Origin: Candidatus Heimdallarchaeota archaeon
GTDB lineage: Archaea > Asgardarchaeota > Heimdallarchaeia > Heimdallarchaeales > Heimdallarchaeaceae
Assembly (NCBI GenBank): GCA_019057375.1
Contig: DXJF01000021.1
Location: 1 to 36,646, forward strand
Length of the DNA stretch: 36,646 bases
Direction: 5' to 3'
This document shows, one piece after another, positions 26,340-34,621 of the stretch. A program made the translations under genes and the position numbers. Numbering within the stretch: position 1 is the first letter of the stretch; each line of letters begins with the position of its first letter. The notes below the pieces were generated by a model. The model saw only the letters and a list, made by a program, of their open reading frames with translations, searched no databases and was not told the origin of the DNA.

Positions 26340-27527
26340 ATGATTGAACTGGATTATGATAATATAACTTCTACTGCTTTTCAATTGAGATGTACTGCAT
26401 GCGGGGATATTCACAATATCAACTCAAAACACAAACTTTGTTCTTGTGGAAAAGTCCTGTTTGCTGAATATGATCTAGAAAAAGCTAAAGAAACTTTGGT
26501 CAAATCTTCTTTTCATAAACGAAGATATGATATCTGGCGTATGGCTGAGATAATGCCTGTTTTTGACAATAAATATCGTTTCACTTTAGGTGAAGGGTGG
26601 ACCCCTATAGTGAAAATTAACAATCTAGGAGAGATATTGGGATTGAAGAATCTTTATCTTAAGGATGAAAGTTTTAATCCTACAGGTTCCTTTAAAAGTA
26701 GAGGTTTATGTGCAGCTGTTTCGAGAGCTGTTGAATTAGGAATTAATGATTTTGTCATCCCAACAGCTGGAAATGCTGGAGCTGCTTTAGCTGCTTATGC
26801 AGCAAGAACTAACTCAAAAGCTCATGTATTCATGCCTGAGGATACACCTCCTTTCATCGTTAGAGAAATTAAAGCTCTTGGTGCTGATGTTAGGCTTGTT
26901 GATGGAATAATAACTGATGCTGGAAAAATCGCAAAGGAAGAAGCTGAAGAAGAAGATTGGTTTGATTTTTCAACTTTAAAAGAACCTTATAGAGTGGAAG
27001 GAAAGAAAACAATGGGTTTGGAACTTGCAGAGCAATTTGATTGGTCTCTACCTGATGTAATTGTTTATCCTACAGGTGGAGGAACAGGAATCATCGGAAT
27101 GTGGAAAGCTTTTGATGAATTAGAACAACTTGGATTTATTGATAGTCAAAGACCTAGAATGATTTCAGTTCAATCAAGTACTTGTGCTCCTATAGTTAAA
27201 GCATTTAAAGAGGGCAAAGACCATGCGGAATTTTGGGAAGATGCTCATACAATCGCTGCAGGATTAAGAGTTCCATCTGCAATAGCTGATTATTTAATTC
27301 TTCAAACTTTAAGAGATTCTAAGGGTACAGCAATTGCAGTTGATGATTTAACCATCAAAATAGCTATGAATCAACTAGCAAAAGAAGAAGGAATTATGCT
27401 TTCACCAGAAGCAGCTGCGACAGTTGCATCATTGGATCTTTTAATTGATGATGGAGATATAGCTAAAGAAGAAAAAGTAGTTATTTTTGGAACAGGTTCT
27501 GGATTAACTACCCCTGAGGAATGGTAA
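26340..27527 (+). CDS. thrC: Threonine synthase (PLP, fold type II)
   Basis: TLGEGWTP, NPTGSFKSRG (PLP Lys), PTAGNAG, EGKKTMG, PTGGGTG, SPEAAA, TGSG. Confidence 0.88.
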   Translation: MIELDYDNITSTAFQLRCTACGDIHNINSKHKLCSCGKVLFAEYDLEKAKETLVKSSFHKRRYDIWRMAEIMPVFDNKYRFTLGEGWTPIVKINNLGEILGLKNLYLKDESFNPTGSFKSRGLCAAVSRAVELGINDFVIPTAGNAGAALAAYAARTNSKAHVFMPEDTPPFIVREIKALGADVRLVDGIITDAGKIAKEEAEEEDWFDFSTLKEPYRVEGKKTMGLELAEQFDWSLPDVIVYPTGGGTGIIGMWKAFDELEQLGFIDSQRPRMISVQSSTCAPIVKAFKEGKDHAEFWEDAHTIAAGLRVPSAIADYLILQTLRDSKGTAIAVDDLTIKIAMNQLAKEEGIMLSPEAAATVASLDLLIDDGDIAKEEKVVIFGTGSGLTTPEEW

Positions 27528-27531
27528 AAGA

Positions 27532-28479
27532 TTAAACTTTAGGAATAATTTCTTCTGTTAATATTTTCATTTGTTCAATTTCCTTATTTTGTGGAAACAT
27601 GAAAATGAACTGTTCTACACCTAGCTTGGAATAAGCACTCAACCATTCTCGAATCTCCTCGATTGTTCCATGCATGGATCCTTCATATCGTTTTTCAACT
27701 TCTTCTGGTGTAAATCCTCTTTTTTTAGCTACTTCTTTCCAAACTTCTTTTTTCTCTTCTTCCGATTCATAAATTCTAGACCAAACACCATATGTTCTTC
27801 GTAGAGAATCAGGTTTTCGATCATATTTCTCACAAAGCTCATCTAGCTGATTCATTTTATCTTCAAAATCCTCTAATGTATACGCCCATGCAAGGTTGAT
27901 TCCATCGGCATATTTAGCTGCTATATTAAGCATTTTTGGGCGACCATACATAGTTCCAACAAATATAGGTGGATAAGGTTTTTGTAAGGGTTTTGGATAT
28001 GAGACAGCATCTTTAAGCTGATAATAGTCACCTTGATAATTGGCTCTTTCTTGAGTCCAGAGATTTCGTATGACATCTATTCCTTCAACCATCTGCTTGA
28101 GTCTGACACCTGTGGAAGGGAATTCTATCCCATACTGATCATATTCAGCTTGTTTCCACCCTCCACCGTAACCAAACTCAATCCTGCCATTTGAATAATG
28201 ATCTAAAGATGCTATTTGCTTAGCTAGAACAGAAGGATGTCTATAATTGTTGCAGAAAACCAACGCACCTATACGAAGTTTTTCTGTATAAGATACAGCT
28301 GCCATCATTGCAGTAAAACATTCATAAGCTAGCGTTTCTATTGAATCAGCTGTCATCATAAAATGATCTGAAAACCAAGCATGGCTAAAGTTATTCTTTT
28401 CTGCGTATTGAACCATGTTTTTTATCTGTTCAAAGTTAAAACCGAACTGAGGTTCTATTTGTAACCCGTATGAAATCAT
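27532..28479 (-). CDS. LLM-class (luciferase-like) oxidoreductase, probably F420-dependent
   Basis: WFSDHF, LRIGALV.CN.YRHP..LAKQIA.LD..S.GR.EFG.G.GW, PKP.QKP.PPI. Confidence 0.9.
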   Translation of the reverse strand: MISYGLQIEPQFGFNFEQIKNMVQYAEKNNFSHAWFSDHFMMTADSIETLAYECFTAMMAAVSYTEKLRIGALVFCNNYRHPSVLAKQIASLDHYSNGRIEFGYGGGWKQAEYDQYGIEFPSTGVRLKQMVEGIDVIRNLWTQERANYQGDYYQLKDAVSYPKPLQKPYPPIFVGTMYGRPKMLNIAAKYADGINLAWAYTLEDFEDKMNQLDELCEKYDRKPDSLRRTYGVWSRIYESEEEKKEVWKEVAKKRGFTPEEVEKRYEGSMHGTIEEIREWLSAYSKLGVEQFIFMFPQNKEIEQMKILTEEIIPKV

Positions 28480-28579
28480 AGAGAAAAGAAAAATTAATGA
28501 TTAATAAATTATTAGGAAAAAAAAATTCAGAACTTTAACCGAAAGAAATTAATAGGAAAAAACATCTAATTAAGATAAG

Positions 28580-29470
28580 TTGAAACAGAAAGAAACTTAT
28601 TTAAACATCCCAATTTTAATCATTGGTTCATTATACTTAATAATTACTAATATTCCGCTTTTTATCCTTTTCTTTTCTGAAGTTCTTGCTTTATTTATTA
28701 TATACATTCTATTAATCTTCTTTCTCATAATTGGCTTAGTAATTTTTATTAGGCATACTAGAAAGAACAGAAATAGCAGGTTTTTAATGCAAGCATTTTA
28801 TTGGTTTTTAGTTTCATCTTTGATTCTAACAAATATAATTGTAATTCTCTCTCCTGTTTTCTTAAAAAACGATGAAGGATGGGTGTTTTTTCTTTATTTT
28901 ACTGCTATAATTATTGGGCTCCCTTCTTTAGTTTTTATTTCTGCAATTAATCCGAGAAATAATCTTGACACTAAGAATTATGAGCAGAAAAGTAAAAAGA
29001 AAAGTATACTCAAATTTCTAATACCTACTGTTATGATTCTGCTGATTTCTTCAACAATAGTGTTTTTTGCATTGTCTTACGTGAGAATTTATGGCTCTGA
29101 TGAGGGAATTTCTTATCTCTTATTGTTATTAGTATTAAATTTTAATACAGTTTCATTTATACCAACTTGTGGAATTATACAATTACAGAGAAAAGAACCA
29201 TCATCTGAAAAATATAAATTTTCAATATCCAAAAATAAAGTACCATTCTTTTTGGCAATATTTTCAATGATTGGATTGTTATTCTCATCAGGTTCAATTT
29301 TTTGGCTATATGTGACAGAAGTAAGCAAGAAATTCATTACTGCAAATATAATCTTCTACTATGTTTTCATTATAGGAACCCTAACTATACTTACTTTGCT
29401 ATTTCTTGTAAAAAAACAAATAACAAATTTAAAAGAATATGATTTCTCAGACCCTAACTTGAATGAGTAA
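28580..29470 (+). CDS. Multi-pass membrane protein (about 8 TM), unknown function
   Basis: 296-aa hydrophobic ORF with Lys-rich loops. Confidence 0.7.
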   Translation: MKQKETYLNIPILIIGSLYLIITNIPLFILFFSEVLALFIIYILLIFFLIIGLVIFIRHTRKNRNSRFLMQAFYWFLVSSLILTNIIVILSPVFLKNDEGWVFFLYFTAIIIGLPSLVFISAINPRNNLDTKNYEQKSKKKSILKFLIPTVMILLISSTIVFFALSYVRIYGSDEGISYLLLLLVLNFNTVSFIPTCGIIQLQRKEPSSEKYKFSISKNKVPFFLAIFSMIGLLFSSGSIFWLYVTEVSKKFITANIIFYYVFIIGTLTILTLLFLVKKQITNLKEYDFSDPNLNE

Positions 29471-29471
29471 T

Positions 29472-30419
29472 TTAGATTTTTGGCATAACTTTTTCAGCAA
29501 AAATCTTTATTTGATCAACTTCTTCTTTCAGAGGGAAGAACATAATGAAATGATTAGCGCCTATTTTTTTATAGTCTTTAATTTTAGAAACTATCTCATC
29601 TGGTGTTCCATGAAGAATTTTTTCTAGACGTGTTTTAAGTTCTTCAATAGTAATCTTCTGATGTTCAGCTGTTTCTTTCATGTGCTTCTTCTTTTCATCT
29701 TCATCTTTGTAAATATGTGACCAAGCTCCATATGATTTTTTCATAAGCTTAGGATCTCTACCATGTTCAGCCATTAAATTATCAAGTTTATTGAGTTTCT
29801 GTTCTAACTCTTCCACTGGTACTGCCCATGCAAAATTCACTCCTTCACCGTATTTAGCAGTAAGATTCAAGATTTTATCTTTCCCACTTCCTACACCTAT
29901 CCAAATTGTTGGATGAGGTTTTTGATATGGTTTAGGAGAAGCTACAGCTTTTTTGATTTTGTAGTATTTTCCTTCAAAAGTGGTTCTCTCTTCAGTCCAG
30001 AGACTCTTAATGATTTGCAGAGCTTCTTCAAACATCCCTAATCGAACCCCACCACTTGGAAAATCAATACCATATTGATTGAATTCAATTTCCTTCCATC
30101 CTGTTCCAAAACCAAACTCTATTCTCCCTTCACTAAAATGATCAAGAGTAGCTATCTGTTTTGCAAGTACAGCAGGATGTCTGTAGAGATTACACAGAAC
30201 TAATGGTCCTATACGTAATTTTTCTGTTTTAGCTGCTGCTCCCATCATTACAGCTATACATTCGTAACAATCAGTATCTACTGAATCTTCTCTCAAAAGA
30301 AAATGATCTGAAAACCATGTATGAGTAAAACCATTTTTTTCTGCTGTTTGAACTATATCATAGATTTCTTTCCAATTATACCCCATTTGAGGTTCAATCT
30401 GCACTCCAAAGGTTGTCAT
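29472..30419 (-). CDS. LLM-class oxidoreductase, paralog of 27532..28479
   Basis: Same motif set (QIEPQ.G, WFSDHF, LRIGPLV.CN.YRHP, GRIEFG.G.GW). Confidence 0.9.
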   Translation of the reverse strand: MTTFGVQIEPQMGYNWKEIYDIVQTAEKNGFTHTWFSDHFLLREDSVDTDCYECIAVMMGAAAKTEKLRIGPLVLCNLYRHPAVLAKQIATLDHFSEGRIEFGFGTGWKEIEFNQYGIDFPSGGVRLGMFEEALQIIKSLWTEERTTFEGKYYKIKKAVASPKPYQKPHPTIWIGVGSGKDKILNLTAKYGEGVNFAWAVPVEELEQKLNKLDNLMAEHGRDPKLMKKSYGAWSHIYKDEDEKKKHMKETAEHQKITIEELKTRLEKILHGTPDEIVSKIKDYKKIGANHFIMFFPLKEEVDQIKIFAEKVMPKI

Positions 30420-30504
30420 AATTTGATATTTCCTTGGATTTTATTAAATTTTTAGTATAATTCTACCAATTACAATCTACTCATTTTTGAAAAGGAATAA
30501 TTAA

Positions 30505-30620
30505 GTGATGAGTTGTTATCCACTTGTGTTTAGCAACAAGTGCAGTTGAATGTCTTTTGGAGAGGTCATTGTGGGTCTACACTCACTCTACGTGGATACA
30601 TCACATATCCTCCTACCCCG
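30505..30620 (-). ncRNA. Predicted omega/reRNA scaffold 3' region and right end
   Basis: Hairpins CACUUGU-N8-ACAAGUG (30542-30521) and GGAUA-N7-UAUCC (30610-30594, inside the CDS end). Position inferred from known TnpB biology; 5' limit unknown. Confidence 0.5.
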
Positions 30621-31813
30621 TTCACACGCCGTTTAGGCAATGCTTTCGGATCGCTTTTGATTAAAATATTATATGCAGCATTAACATCAGCATTGATTAG
30701 GAAACCTTGAGAAGTACGAAATAGTCCTCGGGTTGTTCTGCGTCCAGTATATATCTTTCTTTCTACAGGAAATTCATTGTCCAAAAAACTAGTTTTAGAA
30801 GTATACTCTTCTGGAATGAGCTCAACTTCAATCCCAAGCTCCTCGGCTTTGTATTTAAGTTGATTTATGATTTTATCGAAGGGGATAGCTACAAACATTT
30901 GTGTGATTTTCTTTGAAAAGTGGGCTTTTTGTTTCCATTTTTCATTGTAACCTATGATAACTTCATGCAGGTTCCTCTCTACCCATAAGTTAACTAAATA
31001 TCGAGTGAGTTTATGAACTGCATCCTTTAGTTTTTTCCTCCATTTGTCCCTAAGTTCATATAATGCAGCTCCATAATGGAGCTTATTAAACTGTTTCAAT
31101 TGATGTTTTTGCTGTTGTACATATTGTTCCTGTAGATGTTTTTGTTTTTTCATATAATATTGGATGATACTTTTGATTCCCTTCTCGTGATCCTTGATAA
31201 CAATTGGTTGATTTCCAAGGTTATCTACAAAGGTCACAAGATTGATAGATCCTAAATCTATTGCTCCTTTCCTGGTATATCTTCTTCTTTTTTTAGGTAA
31301 GGTTTTCTCATACACTAATTCGAGGGTGTACCCCACTCTTCTAGGGATAATCCTTACTTCTTTTAATTTTGCAAGGGAAGTAAACCGAGTTTTATAATAA
31401 AATCCTACTTTTTTGGGTAAGACTATCCATCCATTCTGCAGTCTCGCTTGTTGATTTGTGAAAATAGCTACCGTTTCCCCATCACTAGCTTTATAGTTAG
31501 GTGGATTAGGCATAGCAAAGAATGCTGAAGGATTTTTCTTCCACTCTTTTTTAGCTTGGAAGTAACCTTTCCAGTTCCTACACAGGAGTTTGATAGTGTG
31601 TTGGGCTGTTTGTGCTGGAAGGATTCGATAACAGTCTTCTTCCCTAAGCAAATTGTTGAGATCAAAATAAACTAGTATTTTTTTATATTTGCTTAAAGAT
31701 TGTTTTACCAGAAAATTAGCTCGATTATAGAGATTTTTAACTTGATGACAAAGTTTACTCAAAGCTTGATGATAACTGAGTTCAATACATTCTACTCTTA
31801 TTACCTTCGCCAT
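30566..31813 (-). CDS. tnpB: RNA-guided endonuclease TnpB
   Basis: N-terminal KNLYNRANF; RuvC-I AIDLG; canonical RuvC-II Glu replaced (VIIGYN); PEEYTSK; RuvC-III NADVNAAYNI; no CxxC zinc finger. Confidence 0.93.
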   Translation of the reverse strand: MAKVIRVECIELSYHQALSKLCHQVKNLYNRANFLVKQSLSKYKKILVYFDLNNLLREEDCYRILPAQTAQHTIKLLCRNWKGYFQAKKEWKKNPSAFFAMPNPPNYKASDGETVAIFTNQQARLQNGWIVLPKKVGFYYKTRFTSLAKLKEVRIIPRRVGYTLELVYEKTLPKKRRRYTRKGAIDLGSINLVTFVDNLGNQPIVIKDHEKGIKSIIQYYMKKQKHLQEQYVQQQKHQLKQFNKLHYGAALYELRDKWRKKLKDAVHKLTRYLVNLWVERNLHEVIIGYNEKWKQKAHFSKKITQMFVAIPFDKIINQLKYKAEELGIEVELIPEEYTSKTSFLDNEFPVERKIYTGRRTTRGLFRTSQGFLINADVNAAYNILIKSDPKALPKRRVNGVGGYVMYPRRVSVDPQ

Positions 31814-31949
31814 TAAATTTTTCTATAAGTGTTGACTATAAAAGCTCCCGTAATATTTTACTTAATTAGTAAGATTAAGGTGGTTTTATTATCTTTTAAA
31901 CCGATGAGAAAACAATTATTTTTATATAAGTTTCACTAAAATATTATTA

Positions 31950-32360
31950 ATGTCCGTAATAAAGTTCTTTGACGACATGGAAGTAGATAATTTTCTATGG
32001 CTCTCAGCAGCTTTTGTTATATTATTCGCTTCTGGTTTTGTAATAGGTTTCATAAGAGACCTTTTGTGGATGATAATTCTCGCAGCTTCAATCGCTGGTT
32101 TGTTCATTATTTGGTGTTCTATGTATATTATCATAAACTGGCAGGAATTGAAGAAGGAAAAGGAAATTTTGGTTGAATTACCCAGTTTTCCAGAACCAGA
32201 TTTCTGTGACATGTGCAGCAAAGAATTGGAGGGAGGAGAAAGAAAGACTGATGGTGAGTTCTTGATAATTATCTGCCCTCATTGTGAAGCTGAGAACATT
32301 GTATCAAGTGAAACTAAGATACAAGAAGTAGAAAAAACAATTGAGGAAGAAGAAGAGTAA
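31950..32360 (+). CDS. Two-TM membrane protein with C-terminal zinc ribbon
   Basis: TM hairpin, CDMC-x19-CPHC and an acidic tail; TTTATATA box near 31921; 2 bp from the next gene. Confidence 0.8.
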   Translation: MSVIKFFDDMEVDNFLWLSAAFVILFASGFVIGFIRDLLWMIILAASIAGLFIIWCSMYIIINWQELKKEKEILVELPSFPEPDFCDMCSKELEGGERKTDGEFLIIICPHCEAENIVSSETKIQEVEKTIEEEEE

Positions 32361-32362
32361 AT

Positions 32363-33607
32363 ATGTCAAGAAAATTTCCAATAGTCAAATTCTTAACTAT
32401 TACTTATTGTTTTTCGCTAATTAGCCTTTTACTGATAGAAGGATATTATATTACAAAAAATGGTAATTTTCCCAGTTTTGTGATGCTCTTCATTATTCCA
32501 CTAGTAGTTACAATTATAGTATTAGCTGCATGGATATCTAAAGGATTTAAATTATGGTTCTATAAGAAGGAAATCAATATCGAAAACAGTTTTTATGAGG
32601 TGATTGGAGTAGTATTGCTTCAAGCAGCTTATTGTTTTGGATTAACTGCAGCTTGGTATAATCTTACTTCCATAGATATAACCGCTCTCTTTGTTTATGT
32701 CTTCGCTGTTATTATTCCCACAACAATTTTCCTTATTTATTTAGTAAAATTGTTCAGTAATAAACTAGATAGAAATCAAATAATAGAAGATGATGTTGTT
32801 AAGAAATCTTCTAAGAGGCAGCTAAAGGCAAAACAAGAGATCAAACTTGATTTTGATTCTCTTATTCAACTTCCTGGTTTCACTTCAGAAAATATAATAG
32901 AAAAACTTGAACAAAGTGTTACATATGGTGTACCGATTAATCATAAGTTCTATGAGGTATTTACACGATTAAAAATAGAATATTATAGCTCTTTTAAGGC
33001 ACTTCGATTAGTCATAAAATTGAAGAGCGATTCATTACTTTCGCTAGATATACAAAGAAAAGATAGTGCTTTTACTTTTCAGAGAAATGAATTCATCATT
33101 CCTAGGTTGGCAAATGCATTTGTGTTAAATTCTCCAACCCCAAATGTTTGGGAGAGTCTTTTCAAAGACACATTACTCAAGGAGAACTTAGTACTTTTAC
33201 GCTCATATTTAGAACAGTTTTCTCTCAAAGGTCAATATATTGAAGCGATAATTTATTCTAGTAAAGCAATACTCAAAGTCCTAGACTGGGTTATAGACCT
33301 TAACCCTTCAATGGAGAAGATGTCTGGTTCAATCAAAGTTTCCAAAGCAGAAACAATGCTTTGTTATAACTGTCAGGATCCTTTTGATCCTCTTGAAGAT
33401 GTTTGTACTAAATGTGGAAGTCCTAGACCTAGATGTATTGTGTGTTTTCAAGACTTGAAACCTGAGATTGACACTGCTGTTGTAATTCTTCCTTGTTGTA
33501 AAATCTATGCTCACAAAGACCATATGATTGTTTGGTTGAGAAAGAAACCAAGTTGTCCCAATTGTCATGCGGATTTAAGCAGATGGATAAACAAAATAGA
33601 AATATAA
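32363..33607 (+). CDS. 4-TM protein with C-terminal zinc ribbon + atypical RING (paralog 1)
   Basis: CYNC-x10-CTKC-GSPRPR-CIVC-x16-CC-x4-H-x2-H-x3-W-x6-CPNC. Confidence 0.9.
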   Translation: MSRKFPIVKFLTITYCFSLISLLLIEGYYITKNGNFPSFVMLFIIPLVVTIIVLAAWISKGFKLWFYKKEINIENSFYEVIGVVLLQAAYCFGLTAAWYNLTSIDITALFVYVFAVIIPTTIFLIYLVKLFSNKLDRNQIIEDDVVKKSSKRQLKAKQEIKLDFDSLIQLPGFTSENIIEKLEQSVTYGVPINHKFYEVFTRLKIEYYSSFKALRLVIKLKSDSLLSLDIQRKDSAFTFQRNEFIIPRLANAFVLNSPTPNVWESLFKDTLLKENLVLLRSYLEQFSLKGQYIEAIIYSSKAILKVLDWVIDLNPSMEKMSGSIKVSKAETMLCYNCQDPFDPLEDVCTKCGSPRPRCIVCFQDLKPEIDTAVVILPCCKIYAHKDHMIVWLRKKPSCPNCHADLSRWINKIEI

Positions 33608-33655
33608 AAAAAGGAGTAAATATTATTAATAAATAGAAAAAGAGGAGTTGACAAA

Positions 33656-34585
33656 ATGGTTGATTATACTGATTTTTTGTATTTAATTATACTAGTTGTT
33701 ATAGCTTTTATTGCAATTCCTGTAAGTAGAGCACGCAAAAAAAAGAGATTAGATAGAGCTAGAAGACCAACGTATGTTAGCTATACACAACCACAACCGA
33801 CATATTCTGCTTATCAACAAAAACTCCAGATTGATTTCAACCGAGTTCTAAGAATTCTAAAAATATCTGATGATTCAAACGTTGATAGAGCATTAAATGG
33901 AATACAAGTAAAAATTCCTGTTGATAATCCATACTCTCTTTTTTCAGATATTAAGATAATCCAACATCGGAATAATGCTATTAAGATCTATGCAACCTTA
34001 TCCAAAGTAATTCCTTCCGATTTGGAAGTGAAGAATAAACAAAAGGTTTTTTCATCGGGTATAAATGAGATCCGCGTTCCTCAACTAGCTAATGTGTATT
34101 CTGTTTCTACTGAAAAAGGAGAAATGTGGGAAAACATTCTTGCAATAAATAAATCTGTAGACCATCTTTTGTCCTTACAAAATGAATTGGAATATTTTTA
34201 TCTAAAAGAAGATTATTTTGAAGCTGTAGTTTATTCTGAAACAGGTGTTGTTAGTGTTCTGAATTTTATCAAGTTTTTACATTTCAATGTTAAAAATCTC
34301 TTTGTTGATATGAAAGAGTATGATGTAGAGCAATTGAAGTGTTACAATTGTGAGGATCCTTTTGATCCTCTAGAGGAGGAATGTGATAAGTGTTCAGCAC
34401 CCCGCCCTCGATGTTTAATCTGCTTCCAAGATTTGAAACCTTCAGAAAAACAAGAGGTTGTTCAATTGCCGTGTTGTAAGATTTATTCTCACAAAGAACA
34501 CATCCTCACTTGGTTAAAGAAGAATAAGAAATGTCCAAACTGTCATGAAGACATAAGTCATTGGGCAAAAAAACTTATGCTTTGA
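33656..34585 (+). CDS. Single-TM protein with C-terminal zinc ribbon + atypical RING (paralog 2)
   Basis: TM followed by RARKKKR; identical Cys/His spacing to paralog 1. Confidence 0.9.
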   Translation: MVDYTDFLYLIILVVIAFIAIPVSRARKKKRLDRARRPTYVSYTQPQPTYSAYQQKLQIDFNRVLRILKISDDSNVDRALNGIQVKIPVDNPYSLFSDIKIIQHRNNAIKIYATLSKVIPSDLEVKNKQKVFSSGINEIRVPQLANVYSVSTEKGEMWENILAINKSVDHLLSLQNELEYFYLKEDYFEAVVYSETGVVSVLNFIKFLHFNVKNLFVDMKEYDVEQLKCYNCEDPFDPLEEECDKCSAPRPRCLICFQDLKPSEKQEVVQLPCCKIYSHKEHILTWLKKNKKCPNCHEDISHWAKKLML

Positions 34586-34621
34586 TAAAAAATTTGAATT
34601 TAAGAAAAAAGTTGGGAATAA

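Larger units (their letters stand above)
30505..31900 (-). mobile_element. IS200/IS605-family non-autonomous (IS1341-like) element; left end approximate
   Basis: Solo tnpB with no tnpA in the window; subterminal hairpin at 30521-30542 and TCAC tetranucleotide at 30508-30505. Confidence 0.65.

Noticed and set aside
26340-27527. Cysteate synthase for coenzyme M (suggested by comDE)
   Set aside because: Motifs fit ordinary threonine synthase (NPTGSFKSRG, PTAGNAG) and the gene is 10 kb from comDE. It cannot be excluded without a phylogeny.
8749-29472. Several convergent gene pairs with 1-5 bp gaps (8749/8753, 21696/21702, 27527/27532, 29470/29472) as antisense regulation
   Set aside because: Tight convergent packing with overlapping 3' UTRs is ordinary in compact archaeal genomes.
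31858-31902. Exact left end and TAM of the IS element
   Set aside because: Only weak AT-rich hairpins (TTACT/AGTAA, GGTTT/AAACC) are visible; the boundary cannot be fixed from one copy.
1551-33568. Short ORF-track entries antisense to or nested in longer genes (e.g. 1551, 3479, 6055, 10219, 10650, 11703, 11802, 12808, 12900, 13699, 14504, 17354, 18573, 19943, 20744, 22610, 22684, 22737, 24461, 29113, 31468, 31922, 33329)
   Set aside because: They overlap well-supported genes and show no motifs; these are shadow ORFs.
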